A stretch of DNA of 63,100 nucleotides, filler included, from Methanobacteriota archaeon (GCA_024860865.1; 7 parts of 7 records of this genome joined end to end with filler, not necessarily neighbours in it), one strand, 5' to 3'; positions 41,232 to 51,226 are shown, counted from the whole stretch's first letter. A program made the numbers and translations. The notes: a model not told the origin generated them from the sequence alone.

Positions 41232-41981
41232 TCAAAAGCCGAGCTTAGATCGAAATTTTGTTAACCAACTAACCTCAATTTCTTCCCCAATCAAATTAGA
41301 GACCAACTTTTTAATCGAAATTGCTGCTGGCGAGTTTGGTTTAATAATCATAAGGGGTTTTTCTGTTGAAGTAGAAATTTCCATGTTCCTATCTTCAGGA
41401 ACTACGTGAAGTATAGGCAAGGCGAGCATCTTTTTAACATCACCAGCTGATAATTCATTTGGTAGATTTTTAACTCGATTTAAAACAATCCCAGTTGTTG
41501 ATTTCCCAAAACTGCTGGCTAATGCCTTAATTTTATATGCATCAGTTATTGCAACTGTTGTTGGAAGGGATACTATCAAAATCTCGCGAGAAGCCTTCAT
41601 TGCCGCTTGAGCAATCGAATCAAACCCAGCCGGGGCATCGATCAATACAAAATCAAACTTTCCATCGAGCGATTGTACACTAGGAGGGAGAAGTTCTAAG
41701 TTCTGAGCCTCAAGAGAATATGCATCTGCGGGTATAACAAATGTTCCACTTGGTCCAACTTGCAGTGCATCAAAAATATCAGCACGTTGCATTAAAACAT
41801 CTTGCAAAGTATTTGAAAAATTTTTAATGCCTAAAAAAAATCCAAGACTTGAAGCTAATAGATCAGCATCTATTAAAACCACTTTTCTCTTGCGCTGGGC
41901 TAAACTAATGCCTAAATTTGCAACAACTGATGTTTTGCCTGTCCCACCTTTTCCGCTACAAATACAAATAATTCGTGTCAA
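41232..41981 (-). CDS. minD: MinD-family ATPase
   Basis: SGKGGTGKT, IDAD, IDAPAG. Confidence 0.85.
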   Translation of the reverse strand: MTRIICICSGKGGTGKTSVVANLGISLAQRKRKVVLIDADLLASSLGFFLGIKNFSNTLQDVLMQRADIFDALQVGPSGTFVIPADAYSLEAQNLELLPPSVQSLDGKFDFVLIDAPAGFDSIAQAAMKASREILIVSLPTTVAITDAYKIKALASSFGKSTTGIVLNRVKNLPNELSAGDVKKMLALPILHVVPEDRNMEISTSTEKPLMIIKPNSPAAISIKKLVSNLIGEEIEVSWLTKFRSKLGF

Positions 41982-42013
41982 TTTTTTTCTCCAAATTGGA
42001 AAAATTTGTTTTT

Positions 42014-42433
42014 TTATGGACTTATTGTTATATTATTTTTAGTGACAGTATAATAGCGCCCTTGCACAGAAGTAACTTCAGCAAAATTTCCATTCAATGC
42101 CTTATTGATGTGTTTTAGCACAGTATATTTGGTAAAATTTTTAGCAGTGAGGCTTAATGCACGTGAAAAAGTAATACTAAGCTTAATTGCGCCGCCACTA
42201 TGTGTTTCTTGGATTTTTTGTAACCGGACGCTCAAATTAGGCAAAGCTACTCCTGAGCTGCCATACCCTAAACTTAATAAAGTTGCTGCTTCATTTGCGC
42301 CATCTCTAGCAGCTCCAGTGACCAAATTTAGTTCATGCTGTTTTCCAATCAATGGCGCTAAAGCCGCAATTATCGCAAAAATTATGGCTACTAATAGAAA
42401 TAATTCCAGCACAGTTTGTCCTCTTATGCCCAA
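42014..42433 (-). CDS. Class III signal peptide (pilin-like) protein
   Basis: IRG-QTVLE followed by a hydrophobic stretch; TTG 42433 after GGAG. Confidence 0.75.
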   Translation of the reverse strand: MGIRGQTVLELFLLVAIIFAIIAALAPLIGKQHELNLVTGAARDGANEAATLLSLGYGSSGVALPNLSVRLQKIQETHSGGAIKLSITFSRALSLTAKNFTKYTVLKHINKALNGNFAEVTSVQGRYYTVTKNNITISP

Positions 42434-42518
42434 TTTAACTCCCAATTTTTGTTTGGCGTCGGCTAAATTAAAGGTTTTGATAATAATCTTTTTAAAAAGC
42501 AAGAGCAGAGTAGAAATT

Positions 42519-42713
42519 ATGACAAAAAATGAGAGCGGCCAGGCTGCACTGGAGTATCTTTTAATGTTAGCTGCATTACTTGCTTTAGTTGCATTTCTTG
42601 CATATATGGTAAAACAAATGGTTTGGAATCCAACATCCCCAAATAGAACAATAGCCGGCGGAATTATTGATAGAGTTGAACATTACAGAGAAACAGTCAT
42701 TGGACGGGACTAA
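42519..42713 (+). CDS. Small type IV pilin (64 aa)
   Basis: ESG-QAALEYLLMLAALLALVAF class III signal. Confidence 0.8.
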   Translation: MTKNESGQAALEYLLMLAALLALVAFLAYMVKQMVWNPTSPNRTIAGGIIDRVEHYRETVIGRD

Positions 42714-42733
42714 ACAATAAGGTCTGGTTTTCT

Positions 42734-43954
42734 ATGGCCGCTAATCTTACATGCATAGAGTGCACCCAAACTTATCCATTGGATGAGAAGATTTATACTT
42801 GCAAAAACTGTGGCGGATTACTTGAAGTTAGAATCGACATAGAGCAAGTTAAAAAAGAAGTTACGAAATCAAATCTTGAGAAACGCGAGCTCGGAGTTTG
42901 GAGATATTTTGAATTCTTGCCAATAAAAAATAAAAACAAAATAGTTAGCCTGAAAGAAGGGGGAACCCCGCTTTACAAATGCAGTAATTTAGCACGAGAT
43001 TTGGGGTTAAAAAATCTTTATGCCAAGTTCGAGGGCGCAAATCCAAGTGGGTCTTTTAAGGACAGAGGGATCACTGTTGGGATTTCTAGAGCTTTAGAGC
43101 TAGATTCTAAAGCAGTTGCATGCGCTTCAACTGGTAATACAGCAGCTTCGCTTGCAATGTATGCTGCTAAGGCTGCAATCAAATGTTATGTGCTATTGCC
43201 AGTTGGAAAAGTTGCGCTCGGAAAGTTGTCTCAAGCTCTGCTTCATGGAGCACAAGTTATTAGTATCAAAGGAAATTTTGACCGCGCCTTTGCTATGGTG
43301 CGAGAGCTTTGTGAAAAATATAATATCTATCTACTTAACTCAATTAACCCATTCAGATTAGAAGGACAAAAAACTCTTGCATTTGAAGTTGTAAATCAGC
43401 TCAATTGGATTGCTCCAGATAGATTAATTGTACCAGTTGGAAATGCTGGCAATATAAGCGCGATATACAAGGGGTTCTGTGAATTTAGAGATTTTAACTT
43501 CATTGAAAAAGTGCCAATTATGATTGGAATTCAAGCAAATGGAGCTTCTCCGATCGTTAAGGCAATTGAGCGGAAGCTCTCTAGGATTGTCCCTGAGACT
43601 AAACCAGAAACAGTTGCAAGTGCTATAAGAATCGGTAATCCAGTTAATGCTCCAAAGGCGCTTAAAGCAATAAGGGAGTCCGGTGGATTAGCAGAGTCAG
43701 TTAATGATGAGGAGATAATTGCTGCTCAGAAGATGCTTGCAAGAAAAGAAGGGATTTTATGCGAACCTGCCAGCGCAGCTTCAGTCGCAGGATTGAAAAA
43801 ACTAAAAGAAGCTGGCAAAATCGACAGTGATGAAACGATTGTTTGTGTACTGACTGGACACGGCCTTAAGGACCCAGAAATAATCCTTAAATTTTCTGAA
43901 AAACCGATTGAAATTGAACCAAACATGAATGAATTAATCAAATTTATTAAATGA
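42734..43954 (+). CDS. thrC: Threonine synthase
   Basis: NPSGSFKDRG, ASTGNT, PVGNAGN, TGHGLKD. Confidence 0.96.
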   Translation: MAANLTCIECTQTYPLDEKIYTCKNCGGLLEVRIDIEQVKKEVTKSNLEKRELGVWRYFEFLPIKNKNKIVSLKEGGTPLYKCSNLARDLGLKNLYAKFEGANPSGSFKDRGITVGISRALELDSKAVACASTGNTAASLAMYAAKAAIKCYVLLPVGKVALGKLSQALLHGAQVISIKGNFDRAFAMVRELCEKYNIYLLNSINPFRLEGQKTLAFEVVNQLNWIAPDRLIVPVGNAGNISAIYKGFCEFRDFNFIEKVPIMIGIQANGASPIVKAIERKLSRIVPETKPETVASAIRIGNPVNAPKALKAIRESGGLAESVNDEEIIAAQKMLARKEGILCEPASAASVAGLKKLKEAGKIDSDETIVCVLTGHGLKDPEIILKFSEKPIEIEPNMNELIKFIK

Positions 43955-43964
43955 TAAAAATAAA

Positions 43965-44288
43965 TCATCGAATGTCTCGTTTTATGTAAGTTACTGTACA
44001 ATCATTCTCTGAAGCAATTTTTCTAATTCTCTCAAAAGCTCTCTCTCGTTTATTGGCTGGGCCTATTAAGTAGAACTTAAGAACCGAAAACATTTTGCCT
44101 CCCATGCTCCGCTTAATTGATGCAAAGGAAATTGATATGTTGGTAGCATCTACATCTTCAAAGTCTTTTATGACTTCATAAAGCTTCGGCAAGATGTCTT
44201 TCTCAATAATGTGCCCTACAATTTGAACCTCGTCTGTTCCAACTTTCATGCTATCCCATTGGGAGCTTCGGTTTAAAATAGTCATCAA
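43965..44288 (-). CDS. Small ACT/ferredoxin-like-fold protein
   Basis: EVQIVGHIIEKDILPKL; overlaps the stop of the upstream gene. Confidence 0.55.
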   Translation of the reverse strand: MMTILNRSSQWDSMKVGTDEVQIVGHIIEKDILPKLYEVIKDFEDVDATNISISFASIKRSMGGKMFSVLKFYLIGPANKRERAFERIRKIASENDCTVTYIKRDIR

Positions 44289-45616
44289 TGTTGCTTTCTG
44301 AGCCCGCTTAACTTGTGTTCAATTTCATCATCAAGCTTTTTAACATCTTCTTTTAATAAGCGAGCTCTTTCATCGTAATATTCTCTGAGAATCTCCCCTC
44401 TTTCTAGTTTGCTTTCCAAGGTTTCAAGGGTCAACAGCTTATCTCTTCTCTGATCCTTTAATTCCTCAAGCATCTCATTTATCAAAAGCTTCCCTCCTGT
44501 CAATGGCGAGTATGGTCTTCTAATTATGACTCTCTTTGGCCTTCTGGTCCATGTGTACCAAAATATCCCTAAAATTGCGAAAATAACGGCTGTCCCAGCG
44601 ATGATTTTGTTTCTTTCCTTTCTTTCAGCCGCAGCTTTGACAGCTTCAATTTCTGCTTTTTTTGCTGTAATTGAAGTCTCTGCCGCAATCCTAGCTTGTT
44701 CTGAAAGATCAATAGCGCGCATAGCTTCTGTTATCGAATCTGAATACTTCCCATTGGCATATGCTGTCTGTGCGCTCGCTAACCTCTCGTTAGCATCGTT
44801 TAAAAGCGCAGAAGCTTGTGAAATATCAGCTGGTATCTCTTGCGCACTTCGCAATATTGGATATATAGAAACAATCGCATTATTTGCAGTTTCAATAGCT
44901 TTGGATGCTCTAATTTGTTCTAACTTTATAGTAATGGATGTTTCAGCTTGTCTCGCTAACGCCTTCGCTTCATTAGCTTTTGCTAAGGAACTCCCAAAGT
45001 CACCTTGGTCATAGGCAATTTTTGCTAAGAGAAATATTTGAGCTGCATCCTTAAGCAAGCCTTCTTCTAGTTTTACATCGGTGTTTGCTTCTTTAGCTCC
45101 GTTTACTGCATTTTGTGCATTATCTATCTCTGTCTTTGCATCTGAGATGGCTGCTTGAGCAATTTGCTTGTATGCTGCTGGTACAACCTCAAAGTCAATG
45201 GAGTTTGATCCAATTCTTTCATTGTAACTTGATAAAAATACTACCACATAGTGTTTTCCAGCAGAAGCATCTTCTTTTATTCTAACTACAAGTTCAACTT
45301 CTTTTGCTTGCTTTTGGTCTAAGTAGTATCCTAAGTCATTAGAACCTGGGCCAATTATTATTGATGAATCAAAAACTCGGCCATATTTTTCAGCAAACAG
45401 AACACCAGAATCACCTTTAATAGTTAGGCTTGGATAAAATATTTCATTACCTTCGTTTACTATCTTAATAACTAAAGCAACTTCTCCTCCTTGCTGAATA
45501 ACACCTCTAGAAAGCGATGAAGTGATTTTAACATTTGTACCGGATGTTGCTGCAGTAATTGATGTTAATATTAAAAATGCTAGCAATAAAGCATTAAGTC
45601 CACCCGGTCTTTTCAC
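44285..45616 (-). CDS. Surface protein: Ig-like domain, Ala-rich helical repeats, TM, cytoplasmic helical tail
   Basis: Signal peptide, IKIVNEG, two A..AY..G helical repeats, TM. Confidence 0.7.
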   Translation of the reverse strand: MKRPGGLNALLLAFLILTSITAATSGTNVKITSSLSRGVIQQGGEVALVIKIVNEGNEIFYPSLTIKGDSGVLFAEKYGRVFDSSIIIGPGSNDLGYYLDQKQAKEVELVVRIKEDASAGKHYVVVFLSSYNERIGSNSIDFEVVPAAYKQIAQAAISDAKTEIDNAQNAVNGAKEANTDVKLEEGLLKDAAQIFLLAKIAYDQGDFGSSLAKANEAKALARQAETSITIKLEQIRASKAIETANNAIVSIYPILRSAQEIPADISQASALLNDANERLASAQTAYANGKYSDSITEAMRAIDLSEQARIAAETSITAKKAEIEAVKAAAERKERNKIIAGTAVIFAILGIFWYTWTRRPKRVIIRRPYSPLTGGKLLINEMLEELKDQRRDKLLTLETLESKLERGEILREYYDERARLLKEDVKKLDDEIEHKLSGLRKQH

Positions 45617-45731
45617 TTAATCACCAAAAACGCTTTTGGGCGTCAGACTGTAATATAAGTTGGTCGGACACACGTCCTATGTTTTTAAAAAATTTTTCGA
45701 TACTGATACTGAGTTAGTAGCAAAACGTTTG

Positions 45732-46199
45732 TTATTGTAATCTATTGCTAGCGGGTCGCTGAGTGCTTTGTGAAAAATAGCTATAAAGTGCCCCAAGAAT
45801 CAAGCCAGCAAAAATCCACAAAACCAAACTGAAGATTAGGTTTGCTGCTAATCTCGATGGAAAAATAGTGCCGATTTTGCTCCAAATGATGGCAAGTTGC
45901 GGAGCTAATCCAAATATCGTCCACCAGATAAATGCGTAAACACAGCCCTTACCAATTGTACTTCGAAGTGGAATATATTTGCTAGCTATTTCAAAAATCA
46001 AGCCCCAAATTAAGCTAGCTGGAATAAAAATCACGATAATTCTAATAAAAATTTGATTTTGAAAAATCAGCTGCGGTAGTAAAGGCGAAATTACCTTAAC
46101 TAGAGTAGGTCCTAGGGTGAACATGTTCACTATACTTAAGGTGAGCGTAATGATAATCCCAATCATTAAGCCAGCTTTTAAACCTGATTTGCTAAGCAT
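45732..46199 (-). CDS. 4-TM membrane protein
   Basis: Four hydrophobic segments. Confidence 0.65.
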   Translation of the reverse strand: MLSKSGLKAGLMIGIIITLTLSIVNMFTLGPTLVKVISPLLPQLIFQNQIFIRIIVIFIPASLIWGLIFEIASKYIPLRSTIGKGCVYAFIWWTIFGLAPQLAIIWSKIGTIFPSRLAANLIFSLVLWIFAGLILGALYSYFSQSTQRPASNRLQ

Positions 46200-46329
46200 G
46201 TTACCCCATAAATTATTCTTATCTTAATCAAAATTTCCATTAAGCTATCATAAGATAACTCGCAGAAGAAAAAACAAGTTTGTTTTAGTACAAAAATTGG
46301 AAAAAAATTCCCAAAGAGGAAATTGAAAA

Positions 46330-47022
46330 CTAGAGCTGGTTAAATCTAATGTAAGTATCGACCACATTTTTCCCTTCAATGAAAATGAGATTATTTTTAG
46401 CTGCATAAGCCTTTGCTTGCTCTTTCTTTAAAGATGCCCCAGTTTCTCCATCTAACATTTCACATATTACAACTGCTGGAGTTAAACCTGCCATCTCTGC
46501 TAGTGCGATGCTTAACTCTGTATGGCCTCTTCTTTTGAAAATTAGATTATCCGCAGCTCGAAGTAAGTGAACATGCCCAGGTGATCTAAAGTTCTTCCCA
46601 AATTCATCCGGCTGATAACCATTCATTAAGGCTTTTTTTCCGAGTTTTCCTATCTCTTTAATTGTAAGCGCTCGATCGTTATCTGTTATTCCTGTGAATG
46701 TTTTCCTATGGTTAACTGTGAGCGAAAACGCAGACTTTTCATCATATGGTATATCGTTCGGAGTTAAAGTTGAAAGGGATGAAAATTTATTTTGTGCATA
46801 AGCTAAAACCTCAGTTAAAAAGGGTAGTCCAAAGGCATCTGCAATTTTTGGGTGGATGGCAACGCAAATTAATCCTCCAGCTTCACTTCGCATTTTGTAA
46901 ATATGCTTAGGATTAATTAACTCAGCAGCTGCTACCATATCTGTTTCTTCTTCTCTGCCCTCAGCATCAAATATCAATATAATTTGGCCGTTTTGCAATG
47001 CTTTAATAGCTTCTTTAATCAA
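46330..47022 (-). CDS. ribB: 3,4-dihydroxy-2-butanone-4-phosphate synthase
   Basis: REEETD, TGITDNDR, FRSPGH, RRGHTE, CEMLD. Confidence 0.96.
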   Translation of the reverse strand: MIKEAIKALQNGQIILIFDAEGREEETDMVAAAELINPKHIYKMRSEAGGLICVAIHPKIADAFGLPFLTEVLAYAQNKFSSLSTLTPNDIPYDEKSAFSLTVNHRKTFTGITDNDRALTIKEIGKLGKKALMNGYQPDEFGKNFRSPGHVHLLRAADNLIFKRRGHTELSIALAEMAGLTPAVVICEMLDGETGASLKKEQAKAYAAKNNLIFIEGKNVVDTYIRFNQL

Positions 47023-47025
47023 TTT

Positions 47026-47697
47026 TTACACCCGAACTTTAAGTGTGACTACGCTACCATTTTTCAATCCCAGTTTTTCTCTTAAATTAATTGGAGCGAT
47101 TACTTCAATCATGTTGTAATTATAGTGTGAGCGTTCAGGTAACACCACTGCTCCTTCAACCTGGTTTTCAACTAAAGTTTTAAAGCACTTGACAGAACCA
47201 AATGTTCTTTCGCCAGAAACAAAGCCATTAATTTTGATTCCGGAAATTCGGTCAAGTTGGTGTCTAATCCTTATATCTTCTTCAGTTTTGAGCCTGATGT
47301 TAAGAGTTCCGGTAAAGGGACTGAATCCCAATTTTTCAGTGAATTGTTTTCGATAACCTTCTTGTTGCATATAATAAGCGCCTTCGCCTAATCCAGCAAT
47401 GACTTCACCTTGAATTACTAAAACGCCGGCTTCTTTAGCCTCAAAAATTTTGGTTAAAGATTCGTGGATAATTCTGAGAGAATCGATTCCAATTTGGGTA
47501 ATTCTAACTTTTTGTCCTGCTGCAGAGATCTCCCTAGTAAGGTATCCTCTTTCTTCTAAATCTTTGAGCCTTCGAGCTGCGGTTTGCTGGGAGGTTTTCA
47601 GCCAGTTTGCTAGTTCTGAGGATGATAAAATGAGGCTTTTATCGTTAGCTCCCCGCAGAGCAAGCTCATAGAGAGTGAACCAGAGATCGGCATCCAT
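47026..47697 (-). CDS. ribK: CTP-dependent riboflavin kinase with N-terminal wHTH (RbkR type)
   Basis: SQQTAARRL, GLGEGAYY, GTLN, IEVIAP. Confidence 0.93.
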   Translation of the reverse strand: MDADLWFTLYELALRGANDKSLILSSSELANWLKTSQQTAARRLKDLEERGYLTREISAAGQKVRITQIGIDSLRIIHESLTKIFEAKEAGVLVIQGEVIAGLGEGAYYMQQEGYRKQFTEKLGFSPFTGTLNIRLKTEEDIRIRHQLDRISGIKINGFVSGERTFGSVKCFKTLVENQVEGAVVLPERSHYNYNMIEVIAPINLREKLGLKNGSVVTLKVRV

Positions 47698-47720
47698 AGA
47701 GATCAGTTTAAGTGGATAAA

Positions 47721-47758
47721 ATCCTACTCAAATATTTTATCCTACTAAATTTTGATTA
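47721..47758. promoter_or_regulatory. Candidate operator upstream of ribK-ribB
   Basis: ATCCTACT(C/A)AA at 47721 and 47739; imperfect palindrome TACTAA-ATTT-TGATTA. Confidence 0.45.
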
Positions 47759-47791
47759 TCTAAATAAAATTTGTTATTTTAATAACAAAAA

Positions 47792-48460
47792 TCAAAATCG
47801 TGCTGCCGTTGCTAACTGATGAGCCAACTTTATCGGTTCAGGCAATCTTGAGTTCTTAGTTGTTTTTAATACAATTTTAACTGCAGTTTCAAGCGAGATT
47901 TTATGCCCTATACTTGCGATTATCGGCTTTAGTTTAGGGTCGGTTAAAATTCCAGCTCCAATAATTTCATCGTTATCCACTAATGGAACCCATTGCCCAA
48001 TCAGCACTGGTTCTTCTTTGAGCCTGCCAATTAAGATGCTCTTTGCGACTCCTATAGAGGCAATGTCCAGCAAAATTGCTAGATGTGATGCGATCCCGCA
48101 ACGACGCTGGTGAGCTATTCCCTGGCCGTCAACCATTAGTATATCGGGTTGGATTTGAATTTTCTTTAAAACAGTAAGTAACGCCTCGCCCTCTCGAAAA
48201 GCAAGAAGGCCTGGTATATAAGGAAACCTAACTTTAACTTTTGCTGTCTCTCGCTCGACTGGTTCAAGCGTATCAAAGTCTAAAACAGCGCATGCTCCAA
48301 TGGCGTAGCCATCTTTTGTAAAAGAGACATCTAAGCCGGCAATAGTTTTTATTTTTGCTGGTAATTCATCTTTTGTTATAACTTTTTTTGCCAATTGCAA
48401 TTGAAGTTCGATGGCTTCTTTAGCGGAAAGGTTACTTGGCCAAGTTATATCAATTTTCAT
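47792..48460 (-). CDS. nfi: Endonuclease V
   Basis: FPYIPGLLAFRE, VDGQGIAH, IGVAKS, RLPEP. Confidence 0.95.
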   Translation of the reverse strand: MKIDITWPSNLSAKEAIELQLQLAKKVITKDELPAKIKTIAGLDVSFTKDGYAIGACAVLDFDTLEPVERETAKVKVRFPYIPGLLAFREGEALLTVLKKIQIQPDILMVDGQGIAHQRRCGIASHLAILLDIASIGVAKSILIGRLKEEPVLIGQWVPLVDNDEIIGAGILTDPKLKPIIASIGHKISLETAVKIVLKTTKNSRLPEPIKLAHQLATAARF

Positions 48461-48468
48461 AAAATCAG

Positions 48469-49941
48469 CTAAGATATCTCGGCTTTGGCTGCCAGAAAAA
48501 CTGGCCCGCGGATATCAATTGTTTTTTTATTAGCTGTAATATATCTCAAAGCAACACCATTAATTTTTAAATTAATGTCGCTTGGTAGCTTTACAATACC
48601 AACCCGAATTGTTATTTCTCTTCTACAGTGTTTAACTGCTTCTTCGATCTTTGTGGCTGCCCTATTCGCAAAGGCATCAATATATCGGATCCCTGTTGAA
48701 ATACCTCTTTCTCTAATTAATTTAACCTCCTCTTTTTCTTCCCAACCTGTTGGAGGAATTCCAATAATATTTCCATTATAAACATATATTTGGTTCAGTC
48801 CGGCTGGGCCGAGCAATTTTTTGCCTGCTTCTACTTCAAACACTTTTACCATCACTTTTTTGTTAAACAAATTTCCTTTCCATACCTCAAATTCACATGG
48901 TGCAACTGCATCTTTGTTTTTAGCTGAAACGTCAGCAATTGCCTTTGCAATTTGCTTTCCAACTTCAGTTGTTGGAACTGATTCAATTTTAATCATTTCA
49001 ACTATTTGTCTGTCAGAAAGCTCAAACGGAGCATAAAATTGTGGAAAGACAAGCTCTCGAATGTCTTTAAACCCATAAAACAACATCGCCATTCTCTCAG
49101 TTCCCATCCCTAAATTTAATACCGGATATTTGAGACCATAATTAGCTAGAGCTTGAGGAGAATAAATTCCAAAATCAGCAACTTCTATCCACTCATTATG
49201 CGCTTTTGAGAGGACAAAAACTTCGGTTTCAGTATCTGCTTGATAATAATTTGCGCTCCTTTTCTTTTTCTGAAATTTGATCTCTTCAAATCCAAGTTGT
49301 TTAATCAAACCTCTTGCAACTTCTTTCCCTGTTTCAATTGTAACACTTTTATCCATTACCACGCAAGAAGCTGAATGATGACTCCGCAAGTGGGTTGCGT
49401 CTTCTTGCTGCTCTCTTCTAAAACATCTATCAATTGAAAAAAGTTTAATAGGCAATGACTTCTTGTGCTGCAAAGCTGAGAGCGTTAAAAACCAACCTGA
49501 GGTTTGATGGGACCGTAGAGTTAGCCTTGTAGGAATCGGACTAAGTTGTTTAAATTCTGGGAATAATGCTAAAATTTTTGAGGCTATTTCGTTGTCAATT
49601 TTAAGTGCTAGGGCAATTTCCTCAATTAAATCGTCACTTGCAATTACACCTTTTTTATAATCGTGCAAAACTTTTTGGAAAATAGTTTTCTTCTGCTCAG
49701 TTAATTTAACCCCAAATGTTTCTATTTCTGAAATTTTTTCTTGACTTAAACCAACATCAGGTCGGCTTAATCCTGATAAATAATAAATTCTATCGAGGAT
49801 TGCTGGAGCTTCATCTCCCCATTGTTTATAAATGTCAGCTTCTTCTATGAAAAGGGGGTTTAGTGTTTCTTCAAATCCTAAATTTAAGTAGGCTTCACGG
49901 AGTTTAATGAAAGTTTCGAATAGTGGATGAGGTTTACCCAT
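48469..49941 (-). CDS. sepS: O-phosphoseryl-tRNA(Cys) synthetase lacking the usual N-terminal segment
   Basis: LREAYL, TLRSHQT, KLFSIDRCFRREQ, SASC, FGIYSP, DIRGPVF. Confidence 0.92.
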   Translation of the reverse strand: MGKPHPLFETFIKLREAYLNLGFEETLNPLFIEEADIYKQWGDEAPAILDRIYYLSGLSRPDVGLSQEKISEIETFGVKLTEQKKTIFQKVLHDYKKGVIASDDLIEEIALALKIDNEIASKILALFPEFKQLSPIPTRLTLRSHQTSGWFLTLSALQHKKSLPIKLFSIDRCFRREQQEDATHLRSHHSASCVVMDKSVTIETGKEVARGLIKQLGFEEIKFQKKKRSANYYQADTETEVFVLSKAHNEWIEVADFGIYSPQALANYGLKYPVLNLGMGTERMAMLFYGFKDIRELVFPQFYAPFELSDRQIVEMIKIESVPTTEVGKQIAKAIADVSAKNKDAVAPCEFEVWKGNLFNKKVMVKVFEVEAGKKLLGPAGLNQIYVYNGNIIGIPPTGWEEKEEVKLIRERGISTGIRYIDAFANRAATKIEEAVKHCRREITIRVGIVKLPSDINLKINGVALRYITANKKTIDIRGPVFLAAKAEIS

Positions 49942-50101
49942 TCTCAGCACCGCTTTTCTCTTGAAAGTAAAAGCTATTAGTCTTTAAACTTTTTACGTTC
50001 ACATTTATATGTGGTGTGAGATAGAAAAAGGTGTTTAGCTAGTTAGGAAAGGGGAATGCTACAAAGTAAAGGGCACAGGATCTAACAGTAGAGGACAAAA
50101 A

Positions 50102-50920
50102 ATGAAAATTAGAGTTGCTCATAGCCCAGATGCTGATGATGCTTTTATGTTCTATGCTTTAGCAGAAGGTAAAATAGATACTAATGGCATAGAATTTGAG
50201 CATGTTTTATCGGATATACAAACTTTAAATCAAAGGGCTATTAGTGGAGAGTACGAGGTCTCAGCCATTTCGATTCATGCGTATCCTTATGTCGCAGTAA
50301 GATATGCCTTAATGTCCTGCGGTGGAAGTGTAGGTTACAAATATGGTCCTATAGTGGTATCAAAAAGGCCACTTAAAACCCTGAAAGGGAAGGTAATTGC
50401 CATTCCTGGTATGCTGACAACAGCATATCTCATCTTAAAGTTGTTTGAAAAAAATTTCACGCCGAAAGTAATTCCTTTTGACCAGATTATAGATGAAGTT
50501 TCTAAGGGAAATGTTGAGGCTGGTTTAGTGATTCATGAAGGGCAACTTTTCTACGCGGATAAAAAACTGTACAAGTTTATCGATTTAGGTGAATGGTGGT
50601 ATGAGGAAACTAAGCTTCCTCTTCCATTGGGTGGGAACATAGTTAGGAGGGATTTAGGAAAAGAAACAATGGAAAAGGTATCTCGTTACGTGAGAGAGAG
50701 CATAAAATACTCATTAGAACATAGAGAGGAGGCGCTGAATTACGCCATTCAGTTTGCAAGGGGATTAGGAAAAGAAAAGGCCAGTAAGTTCGTAAGCATG
50801 TATGTCAATAAATTTACAATTGACTACGGAAAAGAAGGAAGAAAGGCTATATCGATATTGTTATCGAAGGGTTATGAAGAAGGGATCATAACTAACAAAG
50901 TTGAGGTGGATTTTGTTTAG
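50102..50920 (+). CDS. mqnD: 1,4-dihydroxy-6-naphthoate synthase (futalosine pathway)
   Basis: AHSPDADDAFMF, IHEGQL, LPLPLGG, MYVN. Confidence 0.92.
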   Translation: MKIRVAHSPDADDAFMFYALAEGKIDTNGIEFEHVLSDIQTLNQRAISGEYEVSAISIHAYPYVAVRYALMSCGGSVGYKYGPIVVSKRPLKTLKGKVIAIPGMLTTAYLILKLFEKNFTPKVIPFDQIIDEVSKGNVEAGLVIHEGQLFYADKKLYKFIDLGEWWYEETKLPLPLGGNIVRRDLGKETMEKVSRYVRESIKYSLEHREEALNYAIQFARGLGKEKASKFVSMYVNKFTIDYGKEGRKAISILLSKGYEEGIITNKVEVDFV

Positions 50921-51103
50921 CGCTTTTGGCATTTAAGTTAGGGCTGAGTATGTCTGTAAATCCAAGAAGGAGAGCAACAAACTTGTTCTTGCCTAACTTT
51001 AAAAAATATTATCAATTAACCAAGTAAAGTTATTCCAAGTTACCAGCTAGATATTCCGGGAACTTTAATTGAAAGTGCATCAATGCCGCTGATGAAAAAA
51101 GAT

Positions 51104-51226
51104 CTATCTCTTTAACAAGCACTCCTCGGCTTTTAACCCTCTTGTGAGCAAAACAACTCTACTATCTGACGATTCGTTTACTATATCATATTCAATTTCT
51201 TTAGCAAGTTCTGCACTAAATTCTTT
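51104..51226 (-). CDS. 3' fragment, probably Taw1/TYW1 wyosine radical-SAM enzyme
   Basis: KEFSAELAKEIEYDIVNESSDSRVVLL resembles the Taw1 C-terminus. Confidence 0.5.
   Translation of the reverse strand, partial: KEFSAELAKEIEYDIVNESSDSRVVLLTRGLKAEECLLKR

Noticed and set aside
42105-42518. 202-aa ORF as annotated
   Set aside because: First 138 codons are the antisense shadow of the opposite pilin; only 42519-42713 looks real
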